Shown here: positions 16,701 to 25,335 of the stretch, in pieces
Layout: every line of letters starts with the position of its first letter
Numbering within the stretch: position 1 is the first letter of the stretch
Virus record (IMG/VR): IMGVR_UViG_3300007512_000010
Span: 1-64,000 of that record
DNA: 64,000 nt
Origin: an uncultured virus (IMG/VR IMGVR_UViG_3300007512_000010)
Taxonomy: Duplodnaviria; Heunggongvirae; Uroviricota; Caudoviricetes
Direction: 5' to 3' (one strand)
Position numbers and translations under genes: made by a program
The notes under the pieces: model-generated
What the model was told of the DNA's origin: nothing
The model's input: only the letters and a program-made list of their open reading frames with translations
The model's database searches: none

Positions 16701-19700
16701 GTGGGCGACGTCCGAGTACATGGCAGGTTTTTAAAGGTCAAATGCTTTCTTGAGGGCATTGACATCCCCGTTATATCTGCACAGGTACAGGGTGGTGTGG
16801 GGCAGGCATGTGTGTGCAATATCGTTATTCCCTTTAATGACTATGCTCACAAGCTAAAGCCTCGAACGCTTGTACACTTATTTGTGATGGATAGTAGGTG
16901 GGAGCAGGGACAGGTAAAGGGCGCAGGCGGCACAACAAATTTTAAGTCTGAAGAAGAAACAAGCGCGGCTATGCTTGTGGACGCAAACAACCTTCATAAT
17001 TACAAGCTAATGTTTGTTGGGGAAGTATTAGCCTATGAATACACGAAGGTGGGCTCGATCAGGCAGATCACCTTAGTATGCCAGGATTTCACTAAGTACT
17101 GGCAAGACGCCAAATTGTACTGGGGCAGGCGAAACACAAGCTTAACAAGCTACAAACAAGCAATCTTCTCTGGAGCAACACAGTTGTATAGGGGTCGAAG
17201 TGCTGTAGATAGTTCTAATGATTTGGTTACGCTGTTACGAGCACGCCCATCCGCAAACAAGGACATTCCGGGCCTATTGGGTGGTTTGTTAGCGGCCTTA
17301 GAATCAGTTACAGGCGTGTTCTCTCCAGATGCGACCCGTAAGTTCAGGGGCGTAAATGACTATATGAGTCAGGCCGAACTTAGGTTGCATCTTACCCGAA
17401 TGCTTGGCGCAAGTGAGCAGGATGACACTTCTACTACTTTTATTAATAGCCGTTCTTTTCGTCGCTATCTGCGACGGGTCACACGGCAAGTAAAGAGCAC
17501 AGCTTCTTTTTACGATTTGATGGGGTTGGTGCTTGGTAAGTGCTACCAAGTGTGGAACTCAGTTCCGTGCCCACCCTATATCTATGAATCCACAATGAAG
17601 TTCGAATACCTTCAAAGGATTGCGGGCTACAACTTCCGAAATGACCCCGAGGTGAATGCGCTGTACCAAGCCACAGAGGCTACATACAATCGCCTTACAG
17701 AGGAGACCCAAAACGCGTTAATGAACCGTCGAGGGACGGACATAGGCGAGGGCAGGATCCCGGCGAGTGCCGATATGATTCTGAATGAGTCAGACGGCTC
17801 GGGAGGTCGACAACGGGCAGACTCTTCCCACAGCGGCGTCCGTACCCACCTTGGCTCTAATTGGTCAGCAAACCCAACTGTTGCCAGCGGCAACACGGGA
17901 ATGACCGCCTTGGCGGATAGGCTGAACGGAACCACAGCCACCGGATCAGCCAGAAGAGCATCTCGGTTAGCTGGTGATGGTGTTCATCACGCCTCAAATG
18001 CCCTTGACGATCTAGCCACCCTGGAGGATGAGGATATTGAAGACGGACACACTTCAGCACGGTACTCCTCTATACGTAGTAATCTTGGGAACGCCCTAGA
18101 CTCTTTTAGAAGAGCCGCTGGGGCAACGTATAGTCGACAAGAGGTTGAGATGCAGGTCAACTCAAGACTGCATTGCTTCATGTTCCACCCGGACATCTAT
18201 ATGATGCCACCACCTAAATGCAACGTGGTCTTCCCAGACCAAGTACAGTCCATTAGGTTTTCTCGTAAGTGGATGAGCGAAGTGAGCCGTGTTTGGTTGC
18301 ATGGTAGAACGAGCAGTGGGAGCAATACCCGCACTTGCTATTTCTCCCCTAATACAAGCATTTTGGGGGTGGCCGATGCGAATGATGGATCTGATGTTGC
18401 TTCAGAAGCCGTGCGACAAGGGCAGGGGTTTCTTATGCCCCATGAGAAGTTTACCGGGGTTGTTAGCGCTATCGTTGGGTTAGGCGATAACGACATCTTT
18501 AGAAGGCTCCACGTATCTGGGCTGGCCGAGGTAAGGCGGGATGCGAGGGAGGAAGCCACCGCAGCGGGCGAAGATACAGAGGCAATTCGGGAAGCAGCAG
18601 ATCAAGCGCGTACAGAGTACACAGCTACGTCAGAGCTTTCCCCAACTCCGCATATGCAGCGGGCCGCGAACTACATGTTCTTTGAGAACAGGTACAATTC
18701 GAGGGAGCTTCAAGCAACGCTTCGGTACTCCCCACAGCTTGTTACAGGGATGCCCTGTTTGATCCTTGACCCAATGCACGGCGAAAAGAGTCGGATGGTT
18801 GCGGGGGAGTATTCAGAGACGTTCGAGCCAGACACGGCTAATTTTGCGTACAATCCCTATGACTCAAATGCGGCGGCGAGGCTCCAGTCTCGTAGGCCAA
18901 AAGGCACCCATTACGTGGGCATCCTCCATAAGGTGGCGCACGTTCTAAACTCTAGCGGCGGTGCCCAAACAAAGATTATTCTTTCGAAAGTAAGAGAGCA
19001 CAACGAGATACACAATATCTGGGCAACCGATTCTGCGGGCACCTCTTCAGCGAAGATGGTCGAGAGAAAGCGTAGGACCGCTAGAATTAGGCCCTCGGGC
19101 AGTGCCCCCGGAGGTCAGAACGGACTTTCCAATGACGGCAATTTTCTTGCAGCAGACATGGGCAGGGTTGTTGACGGCGAGACGGTTTACGACCTAGAAG
19201 CTAGCCAAATTCTTGGTGCGCAGTGGCGCTCGGGCGCTCGGTATGAAGTTAAAGTTATTCGAGACGACTCCGGTACACCCCTAACGACACACCCTGTGTC
19301 GGGACCGTCCGAAGACATGATGAGTATGACGTACCAGGAGCCAATCCAGCTTCCTTACGTAGTTGATCCGTTTAGTGGTGCGAACTATTGCGCGGAAGGG
19401 GAAGGTACTCCTGCCGTACAGGTTGTTGTGCGTCGAGTTTGGTACGACGCAATTCCACAGAACGTCAACTTTACCTTTGAGCAGATCGCCCGTCCTCCTT
19501 GGATGGCTAACATATATACCGCTAATAGGATTGGGGCTGACTACTATCAACCCATGTTTGGTTGCGGCTCAATCCTCGATGGCAACATCCCCATTTTGTC
19601 CCCAGAGGAAGATTTTACGGATTTTGAAGAAGATCTCCAGGAGCGGGAGGACACCACCAACGCCCCGGTTGGGGATCCGTACACCATGATAAAGATCGAG

Positions 19701-20333
19701 TTCAAAGTTGATGGTGGGTCAGAGGTTCAAGACGTCCTCGTACCATCAGACTTGATGCAGCCAGGGAACACGACACAGGCTGCTGCGGATGCGTTGGCAG
19801 AGGTGTGGATGGGGTTGAAGGAGATTGGCGCTGACGTAAATCGGTTTATCGATACGTACACGCAACGGTCTATGGCTGATATTTACGATATCCTTGGGAC
19901 AGTAAATAAAGGTATGACGTGGCAATCCGCTACCGATATGACAATGGCTAGTCCGGGTCGTTGGTATGGGAATATTAGTGAAACCGATGTAGCGGCTGGT
20001 GCTGGTGGTCCTGTTGAGGGGTTCCATTCATGGGCGTTTGGTCCTTTTACTAGCCTGATGAAAGAAGACACTAACGGTAACGAAGTGCCGATGACCGGGG
20101 CTGACGAGAGGTTGACCACGGTTGCCCCCGGCACAGAACAGCGAGAGGTTAGAGCAGAGACAGATACTAGGCTTGCGCGGCACACGGCGGTATCAGCCTA
20201 TGTTGCCGAAATGCGAAACCTTATGGGTAACCGCACCGGTATTGCTGGTAGTGGTGTTCAAACCGCTAGTGTAGCTACCCCCCAACCACCCGACGGCTGG
20301 GCCGACACCGGTGGCGACACCGAGCTAGCATAG
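16701..20333 (+). CDS. Putative baseplate hub protein (gp27/gpP/VgrG-like N-terminus), 1210 aa
   Basis: CFLEGIDIPVISAQVQGGVGQACVCNIVIP...LVHLF...LMFVGEV...ITLVCQDFTKYW resembles hub N-termini; the later YSPQLVTGMPCLIL...YVGILHKVAHVL...TKIIL resembles the hub C-terminal barrel. Confidence 0.55.
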   Translation: MGDVRVHGRFLKVKCFLEGIDIPVISAQVQGGVGQACVCNIVIPFNDYAHKLKPRTLVHLFVMDSRWEQGQVKGAGGTTNFKSEEETSAAMLVDANNLHNYKLMFVGEVLAYEYTKVGSIRQITLVCQDFTKYWQDAKLYWGRRNTSLTSYKQAIFSGATQLYRGRSAVDSSNDLVTLLRARPSANKDIPGLLGGLLAALESVTGVFSPDATRKFRGVNDYMSQAELRLHLTRMLGASEQDDTSTTFINSRSFRRYLRRVTRQVKSTASFYDLMGLVLGKCYQVWNSVPCPPYIYESTMKFEYLQRIAGYNFRNDPEVNALYQATEATYNRLTEETQNALMNRRGTDIGEGRIPASADMILNESDGSGGRQRADSSHSGVRTHLGSNWSANPTVASGNTGMTALADRLNGTTATGSARRASRLAGDGVHHASNALDDLATLEDEDIEDGHTSARYSSIRSNLGNALDSFRRAAGATYSRQEVEMQVNSRLHCFMFHPDIYMMPPPKCNVVFPDQVQSIRFSRKWMSEVSRVWLHGRTSSGSNTRTCYFSPNTSILGVADANDGSDVASEAVRQGQGFLMPHEKFTGVVSAIVGLGDNDIFRRLHVSGLAEVRRDAREEATAAGEDTEAIREAADQARTEYTATSELSPTPHMQRAANYMFFENRYNSRELQATLRYSPQLVTGMPCLILDPMHGEKSRMVAGEYSETFEPDTANFAYNPYDSNAAARLQSRRPKGTHYVGILHKVAHVLNSSGGAQTKIILSKVREHNEIHNIWATDSAGTSSAKMVERKRRTARIRPSGSAPGGQNGLSNDGNFLAADMGRVVDGETVYDLEASQILGAQWRSGARYEVKVIRDDSGTPLTTHPVSGPSEDMMSMTYQEPIQLPYVVDPFSGANYCAEGEGTPAVQVVVRRVWYDAIPQNVNFTFEQIARPPWMANIYTANRIGADYYQPMFGCGSILDGNIPILSPEEDFTDFEEDLQEREDTTNAPVGDPYTMIKIEFKVDGGSEVQDVLVPSDLMQPGNTTQAAADALAEVWMGLKEIGADVNRFIDTYTQRSMADIYDILGTVNKGMTWQSATDMTMASPGRWYGNISETDVAAGAGGPVEGFHSWAFGPFTSLMKEDTNGNEVPMTGADERLTTVAPGTEQREVRAETDTRLARHTAVSAYVAEMRNLMGNRTGIAGSGVQTASVATPQPPDGWADTGGDTELA

Positions 20334-20352
20334 ATTATTACAGGAAAATATT

Positions 20353-20526
20353 ATGGATACGATTGAGAAAGAGTTGGTAAAAGAGGACATCCCTGATAAT
20401 AAAGACGAGAAACCTGATCCCGGTCTAGCTGCCATGGAAGTTACTTTTGGCAGGGGCCGGAATAAGCGGACTCTTCTTTGTTCCGAGGGATATACGTTGA
20501 AAAAGATTGTGGAGATCTCTAAGTAG
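20353..20526 (+). CDS. Small 57-aa hypothetical protein (not in ORF track)
   Basis: MDTIEKELVKEDIPDNKDEKPDPGLAAMEVTFGRGRNKRTLLCSEGYTLKKIVEISK*; AGGA upstream; fills the gap on the coding strand. Confidence 0.5.
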   Translation: MDTIEKELVKEDIPDNKDEKPDPGLAAMEVTFGRGRNKRTLLCSEGYTLKKIVEISK

Positions 20527-20609
20527 AGAGTTCTTAATTGATATATGTTAGGGCATAATAAACTACGAACAGTTAGCCTTCTGTTCATAAGTATTCGGAG
20601 GAATCATCG

Positions 20610-21452
20610 ATGCGTCAGTTAGAGAAAACAGCCGTTAAACGGGGTCTTAGTACCTCGCTTGGGGCAAGGATTATTGACATTAACGGAGGCCCTCTGGAGA
20701 AAGAGGCGGCGAATGCTGTCGTGGAGGCCCTAAAGGGAACCTTCAGAGCAGCCCTAAAAGAGGGCAAAAAGACCGTCGCTGTTATTAAGGGAAAGAACGT
20801 CGGCTCTGCCCAAAAGAACCTCTCAAAGTCGCAGAAGAAGTTTAAGGCTCATGAGACCAAGCGGGTTGCTGATTCCAAGAAGACCTCTTTGAAGGAAAAG
20901 GTCTTCGGCAAGAGCAAGGCCCGAGAAGCTGACGAGGCGGCGAGCAAGCAGCGAACTAAGGATCTTATTGGTAAGATCAAGTCCAAGGGCGACAAGATTG
21001 ACGTCGAGAAAGCCCGAACTAAGAAGTACAGACGCGTTGCTGGCGCTGGCGTAGGTGTTACTGGCTTGGGTGCCATCGGTTTGGCCGCTAAGGGCGGCAA
21101 ATCCAGCCAAGAAGATAATGCGCTCGCTAAGGCGGCTAGCGGTCGTTTGGCTGCTTGGCGAGAAGGTGCTGAGCAGTTTGCTAAGCGCGTTGTCGGCAGC
21201 AACCAGAAGGGTGCCAGAGAGGCACTAGAGACCGCTAAGTCAAAACGCCCTGTACCCAAAGCCAGAAAGAATAAAGCTGAGTTGGCGAAGGCTGAAAAGC
21301 GGCTTGCGAGCTACGACAAGAGGAGCGTAACGCCCAGAGAAGAGGCGCTCGCTGCTGAGGTGGCTAAGACGCGTAAAGCTCGGCTACAGACTGCTGTCGG
21401 TACGACTGGATTAGCTGCCCTTGGTCTCGGTGCGAAGAAACTTAGTGACTAA
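20610..21452 (+). CDS. Lys/Ala-rich K-x-A family protein with two similar modules
   Basis: Leader MRQLEKTAVKRGL, then LEKEAA and AKAAS. Each module ends in a Gly-rich hydrophobic segment (AGAGVGVTGLGAIGLAAK; AVGTTGLAALGLGAKK). GGAGG SD. Confidence 0.75.
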   Translation: MRQLEKTAVKRGLSTSLGARIIDINGGPLEKEAANAVVEALKGTFRAALKEGKKTVAVIKGKNVGSAQKNLSKSQKKFKAHETKRVADSKKTSLKEKVFGKSKAREADEAASKQRTKDLIGKIKSKGDKIDVEKARTKKYRRVAGAGVGVTGLGAIGLAAKGGKSSQEDNALAKAASGRLAAWREGAEQFAKRVVGSNQKGAREALETAKSKRPVPKARKNKAELAKAEKRLASYDKRSVTPREEALAAEVAKTRKARLQTAVGTTGLAALGLGAKKLSD

Positions 21453-21467
21453 GAAGCGCGTATAATT

Positions 21468-22367
21468 ATGGAGCTTGCCTTGAGTACCGACCCTGTAATG
21501 GATTTCCTGAAGTTCGCTGAACGCAGGACCCGTGTAAGTGCGCATACCCGGCGTACTGGTGGGAAGGTCGTTACCGTCGCAGAGCATGATCGGGCGACAG
21601 ATGACGAGGGGGCACCAACAGCCGCCGAAGCTGTTAGTGGCCACGAGCATCCGGAACTCCAACTCGATACTAAAAAGGCAAAAGAGTTGGAGATGTGGCA
21701 GGCGTGGAAAGATGGCGGAATGGATCCAAAGGATCTTGAACCGCTTCTTAAGAGCTTCCGACCCATGATTAGGTCCAAGTCGAACGTCTACAAAGGGAAG
21801 GTAAAGATGATTCCCGACTCAGCTATAGAGGCTGAGTTTCAACTTCGCTTTGTAGACGCCCTTCGGTCGTATGATCCGACTAAAGGTTCACTTGGGACCT
21901 ATGTGTACCGGTATCTAGACAAGTCGAAACGATTCATTGTCGAAAACCAAAACATCGGGCGCATCCCAGAGAACCGCGTTTACAAGCTAAAACTTTATAC
22001 GACGCGTAGAGATGAACTTACCGAGGATCTTGGTAAGATCCCCTCAGTATCAGAGATGGCTAAAAATCTCGGGTGGCCTCTTGCAGAGGCCAAGCGGATG
22101 GATGCCGAATTACGAAATGATCTTACTACGCAAGGATTTGAGGAAGATCCGTATGCTTTAACCCCGTCCAAGTCAGAGGAAGTTCTTCGTTTGGCGAAGT
22201 ACGAATTAACGGGTAATGAGCGTGCGGTGTACGAACACCTTACAGGGTTTGGGCGACCCCAACTTACGTCCACTAATGAAATCGCAAAGGCGTTAGGTAT
22301 GCCTGATTATCAAGTCAGTCGCCTCAAAAATGCCATTAAGAAAAAATTGGAGAGGTACCTACAATGA
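21468..22367 (+). CDS. RNA polymerase sigma70-family factor (phage-encoded) with N-terminal extension
   Basis: Region 2-like LLKSFRPMIRS...FVDALRSYDPTKGSLGTYVYRYL; region 3 LTEDLGKIPSVSEMAKNLGW; region 4 HTH LTGNERAVY...STNEIAKALGMPDYQVSRLKNAIKKKL. Confidence 0.85.
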   Translation: MELALSTDPVMDFLKFAERRTRVSAHTRRTGGKVVTVAEHDRATDDEGAPTAAEAVSGHEHPELQLDTKKAKELEMWQAWKDGGMDPKDLEPLLKSFRPMIRSKSNVYKGKVKMIPDSAIEAEFQLRFVDALRSYDPTKGSLGTYVYRYLDKSKRFIVENQNIGRIPENRVYKLKLYTTRRDELTEDLGKIPSVSEMAKNLGWPLAEAKRMDAELRNDLTTQGFEEDPYALTPSKSEEVLRLAKYELTGNERAVYEHLTGFGRPQLTSTNEIAKALGMPDYQVSRLKNAIKKKLERYLQ

Positions 22368-23836
22368 CAAGCAAGCTGGCTAATGTAGCGAAAGTAAAGG
22401 CGCTCATGGCGAAAGGCATGGGAGCTAAAGAGGCTATTAAGGCCGCATACCCTGATTGGTCTGATGAGCAGGTTGCTGCTCTAGCTGCCAAGATGGGTGG
22501 CGGGGAAGAGAAGCAGGCGAGTAAGGCGACCTTCTCCCCTGCGATGGACAAGAGCCCTGCCCTTAAAGGCAAGCAGTCCAAGCTCCCTGACAGCATTCAA
22601 GCCGCTATTCTCAAGAAGAAGATGAAGAAGACGGCCAAGCTTAACGTCTCGGACATCGAGGATGAGATTGGTGCGTACTTTGGTGATAAGGATGAGGCTA
22701 AGGTTCGGAACCTGATTGGGAAAGCTCGGGCTAAAAGCTTCTCAATGCGCCACCCAATCCTTACTGGTATCCCGACGTTAGGGATTGCCCCCCACATGGC
22801 GAACGAGAAAGCCAAAGGGAAGATCCTACGCCAGCTTCTCCGAAGCGACCTAAAGCTGCGTAAGGCTCATGGAGCCAAACAGAGCAGAGCGCGTGCTGAT
22901 CGTATTGAGGCGCACAAAATGAATACAGAGCGTCTTAAGGCCACAGAAAAATCTCGTGCTGCTAGGCAGTACGCGATGGCAGCGGGTTCGATTGCATCCT
23001 CCGCTCTCGCACAACGCCAGCGGGAACAAGAGAAAAAGGGCTCCGTAAAGATCGCCAAGAGGGTTAAGTTAACCCAGGAAGAGAGAGATGCTTTGATTCC
23101 AGCCCAGATGCAGGGTCGGACGGACGATCCTCGCTCAAAGGAGCAGGTGATCAAAGACATCCATAAAAAGCGTAAGCAGATGAAAAGGAGAGGCGGTCTT
23201 GGCACCGGCACAAGCATAGCTGGTTTAGGGGCTTTGCTGGGTTCCTTCGTTCCGAAGAACCCTAAGGCACAGTTAGCGTTGGAAGCAGGTGGTCTTGCTA
23301 GTATGATTGCTGGGATAGGGCTGCAATCAAGCGCTAGAGGTAAGGCCCGCTCTCTTCACGGAGACAAGAAAACACTGCTAAACAAAATCATCCAAGAGCG
23401 TGGAAAGGGCAAAAAGAAGAAGGCTTCCGCAGTAGTACACATGGTTCCTGGACACGAGGTCTTGTTTACCAACGGCCTAAGCTTGGCGTCTGGAACGCTC
23501 TACACCCACTACATGGACAAGACCGCAGCCAGCCCGGTATTTCTCGCTAATCTAGGTAAGCGATTTGCTGGCTGGGGAGCTAAAGCTACCCCGCACATCA
23601 GTAAGGCCTGGGGTGGCGTGAAGAGCGGTGGTAGAGCGGTAGCAGAGGGTATTGAGAGCGGTGCCAAAGCAACAAGCGATGCGGCAGCAAGGAACTTCCC
23701 AGAAGCAGCTAAGAAGTGGGCTGCGATGCTTGAGCGTAATCCTGAGCTTGCCAAGACTCTCGCTTCTGCGAAGAAGAACTGGCGACCGCTTGCTGGCGGT
23801 GCTGCTGCTGGTGGTCTCGTAATGGCTGGAGATTGA
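22364..23836 (+). CDS. Lys-rich multi-module K-x-A family protein
   Basis: SKLA, EEKQAS, MKKTAK, SVKIAK, KKKAS and MDKTAA divide the chain into short modules, several with Gly/Ala hydrophobic segments. Confidence 0.7.
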   Translation: MTSKLANVAKVKALMAKGMGAKEAIKAAYPDWSDEQVAALAAKMGGGEEKQASKATFSPAMDKSPALKGKQSKLPDSIQAAILKKKMKKTAKLNVSDIEDEIGAYFGDKDEAKVRNLIGKARAKSFSMRHPILTGIPTLGIAPHMANEKAKGKILRQLLRSDLKLRKAHGAKQSRARADRIEAHKMNTERLKATEKSRAARQYAMAAGSIASSALAQRQREQEKKGSVKIAKRVKLTQEERDALIPAQMQGRTDDPRSKEQVIKDIHKKRKQMKRRGGLGTGTSIAGLGALLGSFVPKNPKAQLALEAGGLASMIAGIGLQSSARGKARSLHGDKKTLLNKIIQERGKGKKKKASAVVHMVPGHEVLFTNGLSLASGTLYTHYMDKTAASPVFLANLGKRFAGWGAKATPHISKAWGGVKSGGRAVAEGIESGAKATSDAAARNFPEAAKKWAAMLERNPELAKTLASAKKNWRPLAGGAAAGGLVMAGD

Positions 23837-23839
23837 TCT

Positions 23840-24091
23840 ATGGGCATTAAGATTCGATCAGAGACTAAAGCGGAATTCCTAGAGGATCTTCGTGTACAGG
23901 TCATTCGATTCTTAACTGCTGAGAAGATGCGACTTCAAATTGAGCGGGAGTTTTTGAAGAAGGTAGCAGAGAATATTAAAGAGGCTGATAGGAAGTATAA
24001 ACAGATAACAGAAGTAGATGTTTACGTGGACGTTGCCACGTTATTAGGCATCGAGAAGCCAGAAACAACGACGGGTGAGTTGGCAGAATGA
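23840..24091 (+). CDS. Hypothetical coiled-coil protein (83 aa)
   Basis: Helical charged ORF filling the gap; ATGA overlap with the next gene. Confidence 0.65.
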   Translation: MGIKIRSETKAEFLEDLRVQVIRFLTAEKMRLQIEREFLKKVAENIKEADRKYKQITEVDVYVDVATLLGIEKPETTTGELAE

Positions 24092-25335
24092 AGGTTAAAT
24101 TAGGAAATCAGGCGGTTCTTCCGTTCTTTGACTCATCTAGTGTCATTGGGGCAGAAGCGTTTGTTGTAGCAGTCGTCGACCCGAATGGGGATGCCGTATC
24201 AACGGTGGACCTTGCAGCGGTTGGTGACGTTCCTGATTTGTACATAAGTGAAGCCGTTCTGTTTTCCTTAGCGGGCCAGTACGTCGCAACGTACACCTAT
24301 GGTGATGATGCTGACACCATCGTTCTGACCAAAACCATCGATGTTGGGAAAGACCCTGTTTCTGATTACCCGAGGGCTGAGGAAGTTACGGTTGCTGTAG
24401 ACCAGCGTGTAGCGGGTGGTGACAGTGAGACTGTAGAACTACTTATCATTGATAGTGATTCTGCTGAGTTTTTAGCCGCTGAAGAGGCTGCGTATGATGC
24501 TGACAGGTCGGATTACTCGACCACCGCCACCTTCAGCGTTGCTGGCCAGTACTTCCTCGTTTGGACCAAGGACGACGGTGGTGGAAACCAGCTACCGTTC
24601 CAAGTAGTTCCTTTACTGATTCTCACCCCATCCGGGGCAGAAACGGTAACGCTTACCGTTGCTACCGAAGAGGGTAACAACGGACAACCCCACACAGCGA
24701 CTACTGTGGTTGTAGCTACTTCTGGTGGCGTTCATGTAGAAGCCACAACCACAGACGTTGATGGTGAGGCGGTAGTAAACCTCGACCCAGGTTCCTACAT
24801 CATCTCCCTCCTTAAAGATGGCGTCGTATTTACAAATAATAACTTTGCCGTAGACATCGTAAATACTAGAGAAATCTCTAACGAGCCTATCTTCTACTCC
24901 GCGTCTAAGTCAGAGGCACAGGTATTTCAGTTAGTCACTGCCTCTGTAACCCCCACGTACACGGCCCCAGCGAAACCGGCAGATATGTGTACGCTGTTTG
25001 CCGACTTGTATATGATGGATGGAAAGCCCCTGATAAAGGCAAACATCCATGTACGACTAATACACACTCCCCAAATTTTTAGCGGTGCCGGTGTATTTGA
25101 TACTAATAAAACCTATAAGACAGATTCTAACGGTCACGTTGAGTTTGATTTGGTACAGGGCATAAAAATTGAAGTGTCTATTGCCCCACTGTCTCTACGG
25201 CGTATTATCGACGTCCCCACAGGAGATGATGCTGTGGCTGATGTGAACCTCCTGACCTTGTTGTCGGGGGCAGATGATGTATTTGATATTATCGCACCGG
25301 AAGTTCCTGCGGCCCCGAGGAGATCGTTAACATGA
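24088..25335 (+). CDS. Acidic beta-rich (Ig/prealbumin-like) putative structural protein; paralogue of 28047-29009
   Basis: ATTTDVDGEAVVNLDPGSYIISL is a carboxypeptidase-regulatory-like motif; C-terminal MCTLFADLYMMDGKPL...YKTDSNGHVEFDLVQG...RIIDVP. Confidence 0.6.
   Translation: MKVKLGNQAVLPFFDSSSVIGAEAFVVAVVDPNGDAVSTVDLAAVGDVPDLYISEAVLFSLAGQYVATYTYGDDADTIVLTKTIDVGKDPVSDYPRAEEVTVAVDQRVAGGDSETVELLIIDSDSAEFLAAEEAAYDADRSDYSTTATFSVAGQYFLVWTKDDGGGNQLPFQVVPLLILTPSGAETVTLTVATEEGNNGQPHTATTVVVATSGGVHVEATTTDVDGEAVVNLDPGSYIISLLKDGVVFTNNNFAVDIVNTREISNEPIFYSASKSEAQVFQLVTASVTPTYTAPAKPADMCTLFADLYMMDGKPLIKANIHVRLIHTPQIFSGAGVFDTNKTYKTDSNGHVEFDLVQGIKIEVSIAPLSLRRIIDVPTGDDAVADVNLLTLLSGADDVFDIIAPEVPAAPRRSLT

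Noticed and set aside
20567..20586. GAACAG/CTGTTC hairpin upstream of 20610
   Set aside because: Only 6 bp and no U-tract; insufficient to call a terminator.
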